Source: Squalus acanthias (lineage: Eukaryota). From it: a DNA stretch of 64,000 nucleotides. The notes beneath the pieces are model-generated. The model saw only the letters and a program-made list of their open reading frames with translations. It was not told the origin of the DNA and ran no database searches. Shown here piece after piece: positions 49,858 through 61,974 of the stretch (the stretch's first letter is position 1; every line of letters starts with the position of its first letter). The position numbers and the translations under genes were made by a program. Location: contig JASTWF010000048.1 in assembly GCA_030390025.1 (NCBI GenBank), forward strand, positions 1,364,001-1,428,000. Reading direction: 5' to 3'.

Positions 49858-50287
49858 GAGCCGCCAGGCGGAGTAATACACCCCACAGTGGTTCGCTCGC
49901 AGGCGGGTCGCTTGCAGGTGGAAGATGGAATCTTCGGGGCTCGAGGCGGTGAAGCCGTCCACCCCTCCCGCCGGGTCGCTGCTGTCGGAGTTGCGACAGT
50001 AGAAGAGCAGAAAGAGCTCTCCGTCCGGGAGCTGGCGGTACCAGGAAAACACTGAGCCGAAGTCGCCCTCCGCAGAACAGCGGATCCGCTGCGGCGAGTG
50101 CAGGGAATCGGCGATTACAGGCGGACTTCGCTGAACTTTGCCGCCAGCTACACCTGCGAATAGGAGGAAAATGGTTGGTTTAAAACAGGGGGCCGTTCAC
50201 AGTCGGTGCCAAACTGCGCCCAAGCAATGTCGAGGGAGACTTACTGTGCAACAGCAGCGCAGGCACAAGACACCGGGTTCAATGCAT
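49858..50287 (-). pseudogene. TRBV: TCR V pseudogene B4
   Basis: Leader 50287-50245 reads ATG CAT TGA (stop at codon 3). V exon 50153-49858 is open, but the second Cys is Ser (YYSAWRL). Confidence 0.88.
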
Positions 50288-51329
50288 TTTGTTTTACTGT
50301 TTGCACAAGAGAATCAGACAGGGATATTGCAAAAAAAATCTGCTCTCCCGGCGGCTGCATGGCGGCTTTATGTAACTGCAGTTCTGTTTGATTGACAGCT
50401 GCTGCCCGTTCACTCCAGCCCCCGTCTCCTTGCAGTCTGATTGGCAGCAGTCGACATAACCCCGCCCCCTCCCAGCTTCTCCCGTCTCTTCACGTAACTG
50501 AAGTCCCTCATCCTGGTAACATTCTGGTAAATCTCCCTGCAAGCTCTGTCAGGCCTTGACACCCTTCCTAAGGTGCGTTGCTCAGTTTTGGGCTCATTTT
50601 TTAGCTGGTGCTGGAGAAACTCGTTCTTAAAATTGTTAGACCTTGAAACATAAAGAACAACGTTGTGAGAAATTTGCTGCTGAATTCGATTCTGACACGA
50701 CACCAGAAATAAAACAGTAAAATGGACAAATTTGAGATGCATCGTGGCGGTATAATGCAATCCGGCGGGTGCTGGTTGCAGCAAACAGTTCCGGTTCATT
50801 CTAAAATCCGCTTCAGTTTGATTGGCACAGTGTCACAGCCGGAAGTTGCATCAAACAATTGCAATTGCCTCGAGACCAACTGAACACAATTAACAGCAAA
50901 TAAATTATATTGGGTCACAGAATTCACCATCAGATTTTGATGATATTTCAATCGTTACAGAATTATCTTTCTTCATCCCTGTATTTCTTTCTTCCTTCCT
51001 TTCTTTCTTTCTTCCTATCTTTCTATCTTTCTTTCTTTCATTCTTTAATTCTTTCTTTCTTTCTTCCTATCTTTCTTTCTCTCATAGTTTCTATTTGTTT
51101 GTCTTTCATTCTTTGTCTCTCTCTTTCTCTCTTTCTTTCCTATTTGTTACTTTATTGTCTTCCTTTCTTAATTAACTATCTTTCATTCCGTTGCTCCCTT
51201 TGCTTTCTTTCTCTTTTTGTCATTAACGTTGACTTCTTGTCGATCCCTTCTCTTCCTTTCTTAATTAACAACAACAACTTGCATTTATATAGCGCCTTTA
51301 ACGTAGTAAAACGTACCAAGACTTTTCAC

Positions 51330-52268
51330 TTAGAAACAGAGAAACATAGAAGATAGGAGCAGGAGTAGGCCTTTCGGCCACTCGAGCCTGTTCCGCCATT
51401 CAATGCGATCATGGCTGATCATCCAAATTCAGTACCCTGCCCCTGCTTTCTCCCCATATACCTTGATCCCCTTAGCCTTAAGAAATATATCTAACTCCTT
51501 CTTGAATATATATGCCTTCTGTGGTAGACAATTCCACAGGTTCACCGCTCTCTGGATGAAGAAATTCCTCCTCATCTTAATCCTAAATGGCTTACCCCTT
51601 ATCTTTAGAATGTCACTCCAGGTTCTGGATTCCCCGCCATCGGGAACAGCCTTCCTGCATCAAGTCTGTCTAGTCCTGTTAGAATTTTATAAGTTTCGAT
51701 GAGATCCCCTCTTGTTCTTCTAAACTCTAGCGAATACAAGCCAAATCGACCCAATCTCTCTTCATACGTCATTCCTGCCATCCCAGGTTTCAGTCTGGTG
51801 AATCTTCGCTGCACTCCCTCCATGGCAAGAACATCCTTCCTCAGATACGGCGACCAAAACAGCACACAATACTCAAGGTGTGGTTTCACCAAGGCCCTGC
51901 ACAACTGTAGCAAGACATCCTTGCTCCTGTACTCGAATCCTCTCGCTATGAAGGCCAACATACCATTTGACTACTTACACGCCTGCTGCACCTGCATGCT
52001 TACCTTCAGCGACTGGTGCACAAGGACACACAAGTCTCGGTGCACTTCCGCTTTTCCCAATCTATTGCCGTTCAAATAATAATCTGCCTTCCTGTTTTTG
52101 CCACCAAAGTGGATGAACTCGCATTTATCCACATTATACTGCATCTGCCATGCATCTGCCCAATATCCGACCTGTCCAAATCATACTGGAGCTTATCTGC
52201 ATCCTCCTCACAGCACACACGCCCACCTAGCTTTGTGTCGTCTGCAAACTTGGAGATATTACATCAAG
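51330..52268 (-). mobile_element. CR1 LINE 3' fragment inserted into the L2 fragment
   Basis: ORF 51605-51961 (LVKPHLEYC..EGVQRRFTRL..LYSLEFRR). The L2 sequence resumes at ~52270. Confidence 0.85.
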
Positions 52269-55200
52269 TTATAAAAAAAAAATTGAGATCAAGCCACTTA
52301 AGGAGATATTAGGGCAGATGACCTAAAGCTTGCTTAAAAAGCGATAATTTATGGAGCGTTTTAAAGTAGCAATGAGAGGTAGAGAGTAGGTGTGGCTTCG
52401 GGAGATAATTCAAGAGCTTATGACCTCGGCAGTTGAAGGCACGGCCGCCAATGGTTTAGCAATTAAAATCGGGGATGCGGAAGAGCCCAGAATTGCAGGA
52501 ATGCAGATATATCTGGAGGAGGTTTCAGAGAGGGTGGGGCGAGGCCACGGAGGGATTTGAAAGCAAGCATGAGAATTTCAAAATGGAGGCGTTGCTCAAC
52601 CGGGAGCCAATGTAGATCAGCGAGCAAAGTGGTGATGGGTGAACGGGACTTGGTACGAGTTAGAATAGTTATAGTTTAGGGAGGGTGGACGATGGGAGGC
52701 CGGCCAGTAGGGCGTTGGAATAGTCAAGTCTGGTATTAACAATTTCTTGGATCAGTGTTTCAGCAGTGGATGAGCAGGATCGGAGATGTTACGGAGTTTC
52801 AAGTAGATGGTCTTAGTGATTTCGCGAAGTTTTGCAGTGGTGTTCCCCAATGGTCCGTTCTGTAACCATTAACCTTTGCAATTTTTGGAAACAACCTAGA
52901 CTCCGGTGTATGAAGCAGCATTATAAAGTTTGTAGATGATACGAACATCAAGGGTTAATTTACGAGGCACACCCGGACATCAAGGGTTAAGTTACGAGGA
53001 GAGATTACACAAATTAAGGTTGTATTCCCTCGAATTTAGAAGGCTAAGGGGTGATCTGGTCGAAATTTTCAGGATATTAAGGGGAAGAGATCGGGTACAT
53101 CGAGAGAAACTATTTCCGCTGATTGAGCATTTTAGGACTGGGGGATATAGTCTAATAATTAGATCCATACATTTGAGGAGTGAAATTAGGGAACACTTCT
53201 ACACACAAAGAGTGGTAGAAGTTTGGAACTCTCTTCGCAAACGGAAGGACAAATCAGCAGGCGCATGGGACAACCATCAACTCCACGTTCCCCTCCAAGT
53301 CACACACCATGCTGACTTAGAAGTATATCACCGATGCTTCAAAATCCTGGAACTCCTTTCCTAACAGCACTGTAGGAATACCTTCACCACACGGACTGCA
53401 GCGGTTTAAGATGGAAGCTCACCACCACCTTCTATAGGGCAATTAGGGATGTGCAATGAATGCCAGCGAAGCCCACATCCCATAACAAAACGAATATAAA
53501 AAAAAGTTGCGAGATCAATTGTTAATTTTAAATCGGGGATTGATAGCTTTCTGTTAACGAAAGATGTGAAATGATATGGGGCAAAGGCGGGTATATGGAG
53601 TTAGATCGGAGATCAGCCATGATCTCATCGAATGGTGGAACAGGCTCGAGCGGCTGAATGGCCTACTCCTGTTCCTATGCTGCTATATTCCTAAAGTAGT
53701 AGATAGTGATGAGGATAGTTATAGGCTTCACGATGACATAGACAGGATAGTGAAATCAGGAGAAGCATGGCAGATGGAGTTCAAAGTGGAGAAGGGTGAA
53801 TTGATGCACTTTGGGAGGACTAATATGAAAAGATAGGATACTATAAATGGCACGATTTTGAAAAGTGTAGATGAGCAGAGAGACCTTGATGTCCACATAC
53901 ACAAATCTTAAATGTGGCAAGGCAATTTGATACAATTAAGCAGTGTGATGGAATACTCTCCACATGCCTGGATGAGTGCAACTTCAACAACACTCAAGAA
54001 GCTCGGCACAATGCAGGACAAAGCAGCCCGCTTGATTGACACACCATCCACCACATTAAGCATTCACTCCCTCCAGCGTACCGGCGCTGCAGTGAGTAAC
54101 ATCTGCAAGGTGCACTGCAGCAACTCTCCAAGGCTTCTTCGACAGCACCTCCCAAACCCGCGAACTCTTAAACCTAGAAGGGCAAGGGCAGCAGGCGCAT
54201 GGGAACACAACTACCTCGAAGATACCCTCCAAGTCACAAACCATCCTGACTTAGAAGTATATCGCCGTTCCTTCTTTCGTCGCTGGGTCAAAATCCTGGA
54301 ATTCCCTCCCTAACAGCACTGTTGGAGTACCTTCACCACACGGACTGCAGCGGTTCAAGAAGGCGGCTCACCAGTACCTTCTAAAGGGCAATTAGGGATG
54401 GGCAATAAATGCTAGCCTTGCCAGCGACGCCTATATCCCATAAACGAATACAAACTGATAAGGTGGTTGAAAAAGAATATGAGTTACCTGTGTTTAGAAA
54501 TGGAGTCATAGAACGTAAAAGTAAATCGATCGTGCTAAAATTTTATGAATCACGAGATAGGCCTCGGCTGGAGTATTGCAGACAATTCTGGGTAGCACAC
54601 TTCAGGAAAGATGTAAAGGCCTTAGAAAGGAGGTTTGCCAGGGTGTTATCAGGAATGAGGGACTTCAGTTATGAGGAGAGGTCCGAAAAGTTAGGCCAGT
54701 TCCCATTGGAACAGAGAAAGTTAAGAGGTGAGGCAATATAAGTTTCCAAGGCAATGAGAAGTTTTGATAGAGTAGACAGAGGAAAACCACTCCCTCTGCC
54801 GAGTGGATCAAATAACAGAGGTAATATCATTCGCAAAATACCTGGAGGGAAGATGAGGAGAAATGTTTTCACTCAGAGAGTCGTCGAAATCTGGAACGCA
54901 AGACCTGAAAAGTTGTTGGGAACTGATTCCATCGAGAATTTAAACAGGGAGTTGGACAAGTTCTGGAGGATAAGGAACTGACAGGTTTTTGGACAAAAAG
55001 CGGGGAATATGGGAACGAAAACGACTGCTCTTTCAAAGAGCCTAAATATTCACCACGGGCCGAATGGCCTACTTCTGTGCTGTAAGTTTACATGATTCTA
55101 TGATTCTGTATGTGCTCGGAAGCTCATCTCGGGTCAATTCGACACCACAACCGTTAACAGTCTCGTTGAAAATCAGACAGTTGCCAAGGATACTGATGGA

Positions 55201-56038
55201 GTCAGAGGCCAGGGAACGGAGTTCGTGGTGTGGATCAAAGCTAAAGGTCAGTATTTTTTGGATGAAATCTCTGCTCATTCAATCGGACAAACAGTTTGAA
55301 AATTCAGAGACTGTGGAGGGGTCGAGAGAGGTGTTGTTGAGGTACAGTCAATGAGAATCCAAGTATACATCATTGGGGGAATCTTGAGTTGGAGCGGGGA
55401 ATCAGTCACAATGTGAAGATTATTAAGATCATTTTGTAAGTAACTACAAACAGTGATGGACAACGTATAGTATTATTCATTGGTATTATGCGCGGGTCTT
55501 ACAACATCATTGGAAGAAGCAACCAGGAGGAAGTCTAACTGCGTTTTTGTGCAAAACAGTCGCGCGAAGTGAAAGGGTTACAGAACCAGAGGGGTTGACA
55601 ATTCAGGAGACTTGTGCGTCAGCGGCGGCGTTGCTTATTCGATGCCAAAGCAGGTCGTGGCTAAGTAGGCAATGGAGCTACAGCGCCATCCAGTGGTTAC
55701 AACGTGCAACTACAAGCAAATGCGTTTTGTTTCTTTCCCAGTGCAACCGATTTCGTCCTGAAATTGACCCGCCTTTCAATTATTTTCTCCTCTCCTTCAG
55801 ATGTTGACGCTCCTTACCCAGAATTACATTGAATTTACTACACGGAATCAGGTCGATGCCGGTGTTTACGGTCAAACAGGAGCTTCCTCCAACACATCTT
55901 CATCTCACCCTATCAGCAGAACCTGCTATTCCTTTCTCCCTCGTGTGTTTATCCAGCTTGTCTTGGGCAGAAGCGAGCGGGACATGAAAGTTAACAAGGA
56001 GTTTGAGGCGTCACGTGATCCAAACGTTTCTCTGTGAG

Positions 56039-56077
56039 AGTTTTTGTCAGGGCGCCGGATCAGTCTGTATCGCTGTG
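56039..56077 (-). other. 23-RSS of C5
   Basis: CACAGCG, 23-bp spacer, ACAAAAACT. Confidence 0.93.
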
Positions 56078-56891
56078 CACCATCACTTGCTGCACAGAAA
56101 TACTCAGCCGAATCTGTGGGTTCCAACGCTGTGGATCTTCAGGCTGGACATCTTATCGTTCATGGTTCGTGTGATTTCAAATCCAGTTTTGAAACCCTCT
56201 TCATATACAGCTTTGCTGCCTCTATAAATGTACCCGATGCACGTGAATCCTTGTCCAGCGGATTGCCGATACCAGAGCATGATCGCGCGGTCTGCGTCAT
56301 TCTGATAATAATAAAACTCGGCCTCTCCTCCCTGAGCAACAGTAATCGAACGCGGCAACCACTGCATGACATCCGCCAGCGGACAGTCTGAAAAAGAGGC
56401 GGCAGATTTAAGAAAATCGCATGAAATTGAGAAATTGGGTTGCCTGTTCAAGTAAATCCTGGTCGTAAAATCGGCGTTGTGGAACCGCCGATTCGCAACG
56501 CCAGTTCTAAGACGTTGAAATTTACTCCCTCTATTCTGGGATTATCGTCAGCTTGACAATATAATGGCGATTATTTTACAGTTAGGTAATAAAATAGAGA
56601 TTAGCAAACCTAAAGTTATAATGAGAACAATCTGTGTGTCAATCAATGAAACAGCTAAAAGAACATTAAGCGCCTTCGAGGCAAAAAGCGTACAGATTAA
56701 AATGAATCATCGATTTTAAATATTTGATTGCTGATATGCAATTGCTCGATAATAATATGATCGAGCAGCAAGACATAGTTTAGTTAATATTTTGGTGAAT
56801 GGATGATACTGGTACATCACTTCTAATTGTTAAACATTATCTTACCCGGCGTCAGAAATAAAAACGCAAAAGTCAACAAATTTAAATGCAT
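56078..56891 (-). pseudogene. TRBV: TCR beta V pseudogene C5
   Basis: Leader 56891-56846 MHLNLLTFAFLFLTP. V exon 56387-56078 is 310 nt (1-bp insertion at ~56123 in FR3) and the first Cys is Tyr (AEFYYYQND). Confidence 0.9.
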
Positions 56892-57279
56892 CGTGGAGGC
56901 CAATCACGATCCAATGCGCCAAATGGGGCTTGACATAGAAAGCGACGCTGAATATTCCGCGTATGCAAAATCCACGGTCGGAATCGGAAGTTGCCTTGGC
57001 AACATTTCCTTCGCGCCTCTGACGTACATAGGACTTCCCACAGTGCTGCACAAACAATGCAACAATTTGCATACTGACCGGTCCCGCCAACAGCACTTTC
57101 AAAATGACCAGATAATCTGCTGTTTTAGTGAGTTTGGTTCAGTGATACATGTTGGACAGGACCCCAGGAGCCCTCCCCTGCTTTTCTTCGAAATATAGTC
57201 TGTGTAATCTGTCACCTCACATGAGAGGACAGACAGGGCCCCTGTGTAATGTTTCATTTGAAAGACGGCATTTCCGACT

Positions 57280-58865
57280 GTGAAGTACTTTTTCAACTGC
57301 ACTCACTGTGTTAATGTAGGAAAGGTGGCAGTCAATTTGCGCGCAGCTAGATTCCGCAAACGGCAAAGTGATAACGACAGTTTAATGCTTTCTGTTTTAA
57401 TGATCTTGATTCAGCGATAATTATAAATATCTCCCAGCACACCAGGAGAACTCCAATGCGCGTCTTTTAATTAGTGTCCATGGGTTATGTAACGTCCACC
57501 TGAGAGCAGTGCCACGGTTTAACGTTTAATCTGAAAGAGGGCACGTCCGACTGTGCTGCGCTCCCACAGTGCTCCCTCTACGACAATGCAGTGCTGCCTC
57601 ATTACTGCCGCTCCTGCAATCCAGCGCTCCCTCAGTACTGCCTCTCCAGCAGTGCAGCGCTCCCTCAGTACTGCTCCTCCGACAGTGCAGCGCTCCCTCA
57701 GTACTGCTCATCCGACAGTGCAGCGCTGCCTCAGTACTGCTCCTCCGACAGTCCAGCGCGCCTTCCGTACTTCTCCTCCGACAGTGCAGCGCTCCCTCAG
57801 TACTGCCCCTCCGACAGTGCAGCGCTACCTCAGTACTGCTCCTCCGACAGTGCAGCACTCCCTTAGTATTGCTTCTCCGACAGTGCAGCGCTCCCTTAGT
57901 ACTGCCAATCCACAGTGCGGGGGTCCCTCAATACTGCCCATCCGACAGTGCGGCGCTCCCTCAGTGCAGCCTCACCGACAGTGCAGCGCTCCCTCAGTAC
58001 AGCCCTACCGAACTTGCAGTGCACGCTTAGTACTGCCCCTCCGACAGTGCAGCGCTCACCCAGTACTGCCCCTCCGACAAGGGAGCGCTCCCTCAGTAAT
58101 GCCGCTCCGACAGTGCAGCGCTCCCTCAGTACTGCCCCTCCGACAGTGCAGCGCTCCCTCAGTACTGCCCCTCCGTCAGTGCAGCACTCCCTCAGTATTG
58201 CCCCTTCCGACAGTGTAGCTCTCCCTCAGCACTGCTCCTCCGAAAGTGCAACACTCATTCAGTACTGCCCCTCCGGCAGTGCAGCACTCCCTCAGAACCG
58301 CTCCTCCGACAGTACAGCACTCTCTCATTACTGCCCCTCCGACAGTGCAGCACTCCCTGAGTACTGCCCCTCCAACAGTGCAGCACACCCTCAGTACTGC
58401 CCCTCCGTTAGTGCAGCACTCCCTCAGTACTGCCCCTCCGACAGTGCAGCACTCCCTCAGTACTGCCCCTCCGACAGTGCAGCACACCCTCAGTACTGCC
58501 CCTCCGACAGTGTAGCGCTCCCTCAGTACTGCCCCTCCGACAGTGCAGCACGCCCTCAGTACTGCCCATCTGACATTGCAGCGCTCCCTCAGTACTGCCC
58601 CTCCGACAGTGCAGTGCACCCTCAGTTCTGCCCCTCTGACAGTGCAGTGCTCCCTCAGTACTGCCCCTCCGATAGTGCAGTGCTCCATCATTTCTGCCCC
58701 TCCGACAGTGCAGTGCTCCCTCAGTACTGCTCCTCCGACAGTGCAGTGCTCCCTCAGTTCTGCACTAGAGTGTCAGCCTATACTATGCGCTCAAGTATCT
58801 GAGCAGGACTCGAACCCACAATCAGCGATCTCAGAGGGAATAATGCTGCCAACTGAGACACGGCG
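57280..58865 (-). mobile_element. Deu-domain SINE with 33-bp minisatellite (array ~57540-58770)
   Basis: Paralog of 42800-43931, with a B-box at ~58806-58816. Confidence 0.78.
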
Positions 58866-58951
58866 ATTCTTGCATATGTCGGTTCCCTTGCCTTACGTGG
58901 GGTTAGTACAACCTTATCGGTCTGCCTACGAAAATTGTGAAAGATGGTTTA

Positions 58952-59784
58952 CATAGAAACATAGAAAATAGGTACAGGAGTAGACCATTCGGTCCTTCGA
59001 GCCTGCACCGCCATTCAATGCGTTCATGGCTGAACATGCTACCTCAGTATCCCATTCCTGCTTTCTCGCCATACCCCTTGATCCCCCTAGTTGTGAGTGT
59101 TATATCTAACTCCCTTTTGAATATATTTAGCGAACTGGCCTCAACAACCTTCTGTGGAAGAGAATTCCATAGATTCACCACTCTCTGGGTGAAGAAGTTC
59201 CTCCTCAGCTCAGTCTTAAATGGCTTCCCCTTAATCCTTAGACTGTGACCCCTGGTTCTAGTTTTCCCTAACATTGGGAACATTCTGCCCGCATCTAATT
59301 TGTCTAAACCAGTCAGGATTTTAAATGTCTCTATAAGATCCCCCCTCATTCTTCTGAACTCCAGAGGATACAAGTTCAGTTGACCCAATCTTTCTTGATA
59401 TGTCAGTCCGGCCATCCCAGGAATCAATCTAGTGAACCTTCGCTGCACTCCCTCAATAGCAAGAATGTCCTTCCTTAAGTTAGGAGACCAAAACTGCGCA
59501 CAATACTCCAGGTGTGGCCTCACCAAGGCCCTGTACAACTGCAGCATCACCTCCCTACTCCTGTACTCAAATCCCCTTACTATGAAGGCCATCATTCCGT
59601 TTGCTTTCTTGACTGCCTGCTGCACTTGCATTCCCACCTTCAGTGACTGATGTACCATGACGCCCAGGTCTCGTTGCACCTCCCCTTTCCCTAATCTGCC
59701 ACCATTCAGGTAATAGTCCGCCTCTCTATTTTTACCACCAAAGTGGATAACCTCACATTTATCCACATTGTGCTTCATCTGCCA
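58952..59784 (-). mobile_element. Young CR1 LINE 3' fragment
   Basis: Open 244-aa C-terminal ORF (59044-59778) and a (TTTCTATG)n-type tail. Absent from the paralogous site at ~44040. Confidence 0.9.
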
Positions 59785-61558
59785 TACAGATCACACTGAT
59801 TGATAGCAGGAATGAGAGACTTCGGTTTTGTGACGAGATTGGAGAAGCGAGAACAATTCTCTTTAGAGAAGACTGTCCTGCCAGCTTCAAAGATTTGTGC
59901 ACCAGCACCCCCAGGTCTCTCTGTTCTTGTACCCACTTTAAAATTGTACCATTTATTGTGCATGGTCGCTCCGCATTCTTCCTAACAGAATGTGTCACCT
60001 CACACTTAATGTTTTGTAGGGGAGACTGGTTAGGCACGTGAGGGAAATACACTTGCAGGGCTGCGAGGATAGTGCGGGAGAATGGGACTGACTGGATTGC
60101 TCCACAGAGAGACTGCAGGGACTCGATGGGCTGAATGGCCTCCTTCTGTGCCATTATGACTTCATGAATTCTCAGTTAAATTTCATGTGCCACGTCTCCG
60201 CCCATTCGATCAGCCTTTCGATGTCTTCTTGAAGTCTATTACTATCCTCTTTACTGTTTAGTACACTACCAAGCTTCGTTTCATCTGCAAATTTAAAAAT
60301 TGTGTCCTGTACCCCCAACTCATTAATGTATATCAGAAACAGCAGTGGTCCTAGTACTGAACCTTGGGGAACAATATTGTAAACCTCCCTCCAGTGCAAA
60401 AAGCAGCCATTCACCACAATCCTCTGTTTTATATTCCCTAGACAATTTTGCATCCATTCTGGCCCTCTCTCTTTTATCCCATGGGATTCAAACTCGTTCA
60501 ATTAGTTGGGTCAAATAGCTCGCTTGTTCTAGTTCGCTCAGTTCTCAGTTCACTAATGTTAAACGAGAACTAAAGTGTTAAATACTTCGCTGCGCTACAC
60601 TGCATTCTTGGAAAATACTTCAAAAGGCCCCGAGAGACTTCTACAGAAGTAGGCTAACGGTTTTCAACAGATTCTCAAACTGCCTTCAGGAAGCAGGTGT
60701 TCCGACGAGAAAAGCATCTGGGGAGGAATCTCGTCTTTGCACAGTATGAGACATCGGTGACACGTTTAAATGTTCGAAGATTAATCATTTACTATGTGTA
60801 TGGGTTGGTGCCCCTTATGGCAGTGAAGGACAAGGGGAGATTTGAAAGAGGTGTTCAAAATTACGAGCGGTTTTGATAGACTAAATAAGGAGCAACTTGT
60901 ATCTAACGGCAGGAGGGTCGCTCACTCGTGGACACAGGTTTTAGGTAATTGACAAAAGAACCTGATGAGTCGAATTTTTCTTTCAGCGAGTTGTCTGGAA
61001 TGCATTGCCTGAAAGGGTGGAGGAAGCAGATTCAGGAATATCTTTCAAAAGGGATTTGGATAAACACTTCAAGGAGAACATTTTTCAGGGCTGTGGGGAA
61101 CCGGGCAGGAGATAGTGAGTAATTGTTTTCCTATTTCAAGGATCCAGTTCAGAAACGATGGACGGAATTGGCTCCTTCTGCGCTGGAGCATTCTATGATT
61201 CAATGAAAATCAGCGCATCTCTCGTCGCTGTTGCGCTGGTACAAATACTAGGAGTGACAGGCATCTCCTCTGATGAGGTGAGCCTGGGAATCATTCAGTG
61301 ATATGTTCGGGAGCTAAGTGTAACACCTTCCGATATGCCTTCGTCCGTTCTTTCAACTTGGTTATTAACACAACCTTGTAATCTGCTTGTTAAATTGTGC
61401 AGGATACCTTAAAGAGAAATTATTCAAAACATTCATACGACAATTTTAATAATTAAAACTGTTTTGAAATAATCTAAAGTGAAAGAGAATAAGAAGATGA
61501 ATCAATAACAAAAATATCAAACCATGAATTCTCATTTATTAAAGGGCATGATCTATGG

Positions 61559-61974
61559 NNNNNNNNNNNNNNNNNNNNNNNNNNNNNNNNNNNNNNNNNN
61601 NNNNNNNNNNNNNNNNNNNNNNNNNNNNNNNNNNNNNNNNNNNNNNNNNNNNNNNNNNNNNNNNNNNNNNNNNNNNNNNNNNNNNNNNNNNNNNNNNNNN
61701 NNNNNNNNNNNNNNNNNNNNNNNNNNNNNNNNNNNNNNNNNNNNNNNNNNNNNNNNNNNNNNNNNNNNNNNNNNNNNNNNNNNNNNNNNNNNNNNNNNNN
61801 NNNNNNNNNNNNNNNNNNNNNNNNNNNNNNNNNNNNNNNNNNNNNNNNNNNNNNNNNNNNNNNNNNNNNNNNNNNNNNNNNNNNNNNNNNNNNNNNNNNN
61901 NNNNNNNNNNNNNNNNNNNNNNNNNNNNNNNNNNNNNNNNNNNNNNNNNNNNNNNNNNNNNNNNNNNNNNNNNN
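61559..61974. other. Assembly gap (416 N)
   Basis: Run of N. Confidence 0.99.

Noticed and set aside
4578-56891. Ig light/heavy mini-clusters or germline-joined genes
   Set aside because: No J (FGxG/WGxG), D, 12-RSS or constant exon was seen. All V exons are unjoined and their motifs are TRBV-like.
57540-58770. CTCF-like motif (GGAGGGGCAGTA) in the satellite unit
   Set aside because: By eye the core spacing does not fit the CTCF consensus; a PWM scan would be needed.
862-58956. Many long ORFs with STAPPTVQRSL / QYCPSDSAALP / GGAVLRERCTV repeats
   Set aside because: These are reading frames of the stop-poor 33-bp satellite, open in several frames on both strands. There is no evidence they encode proteins.
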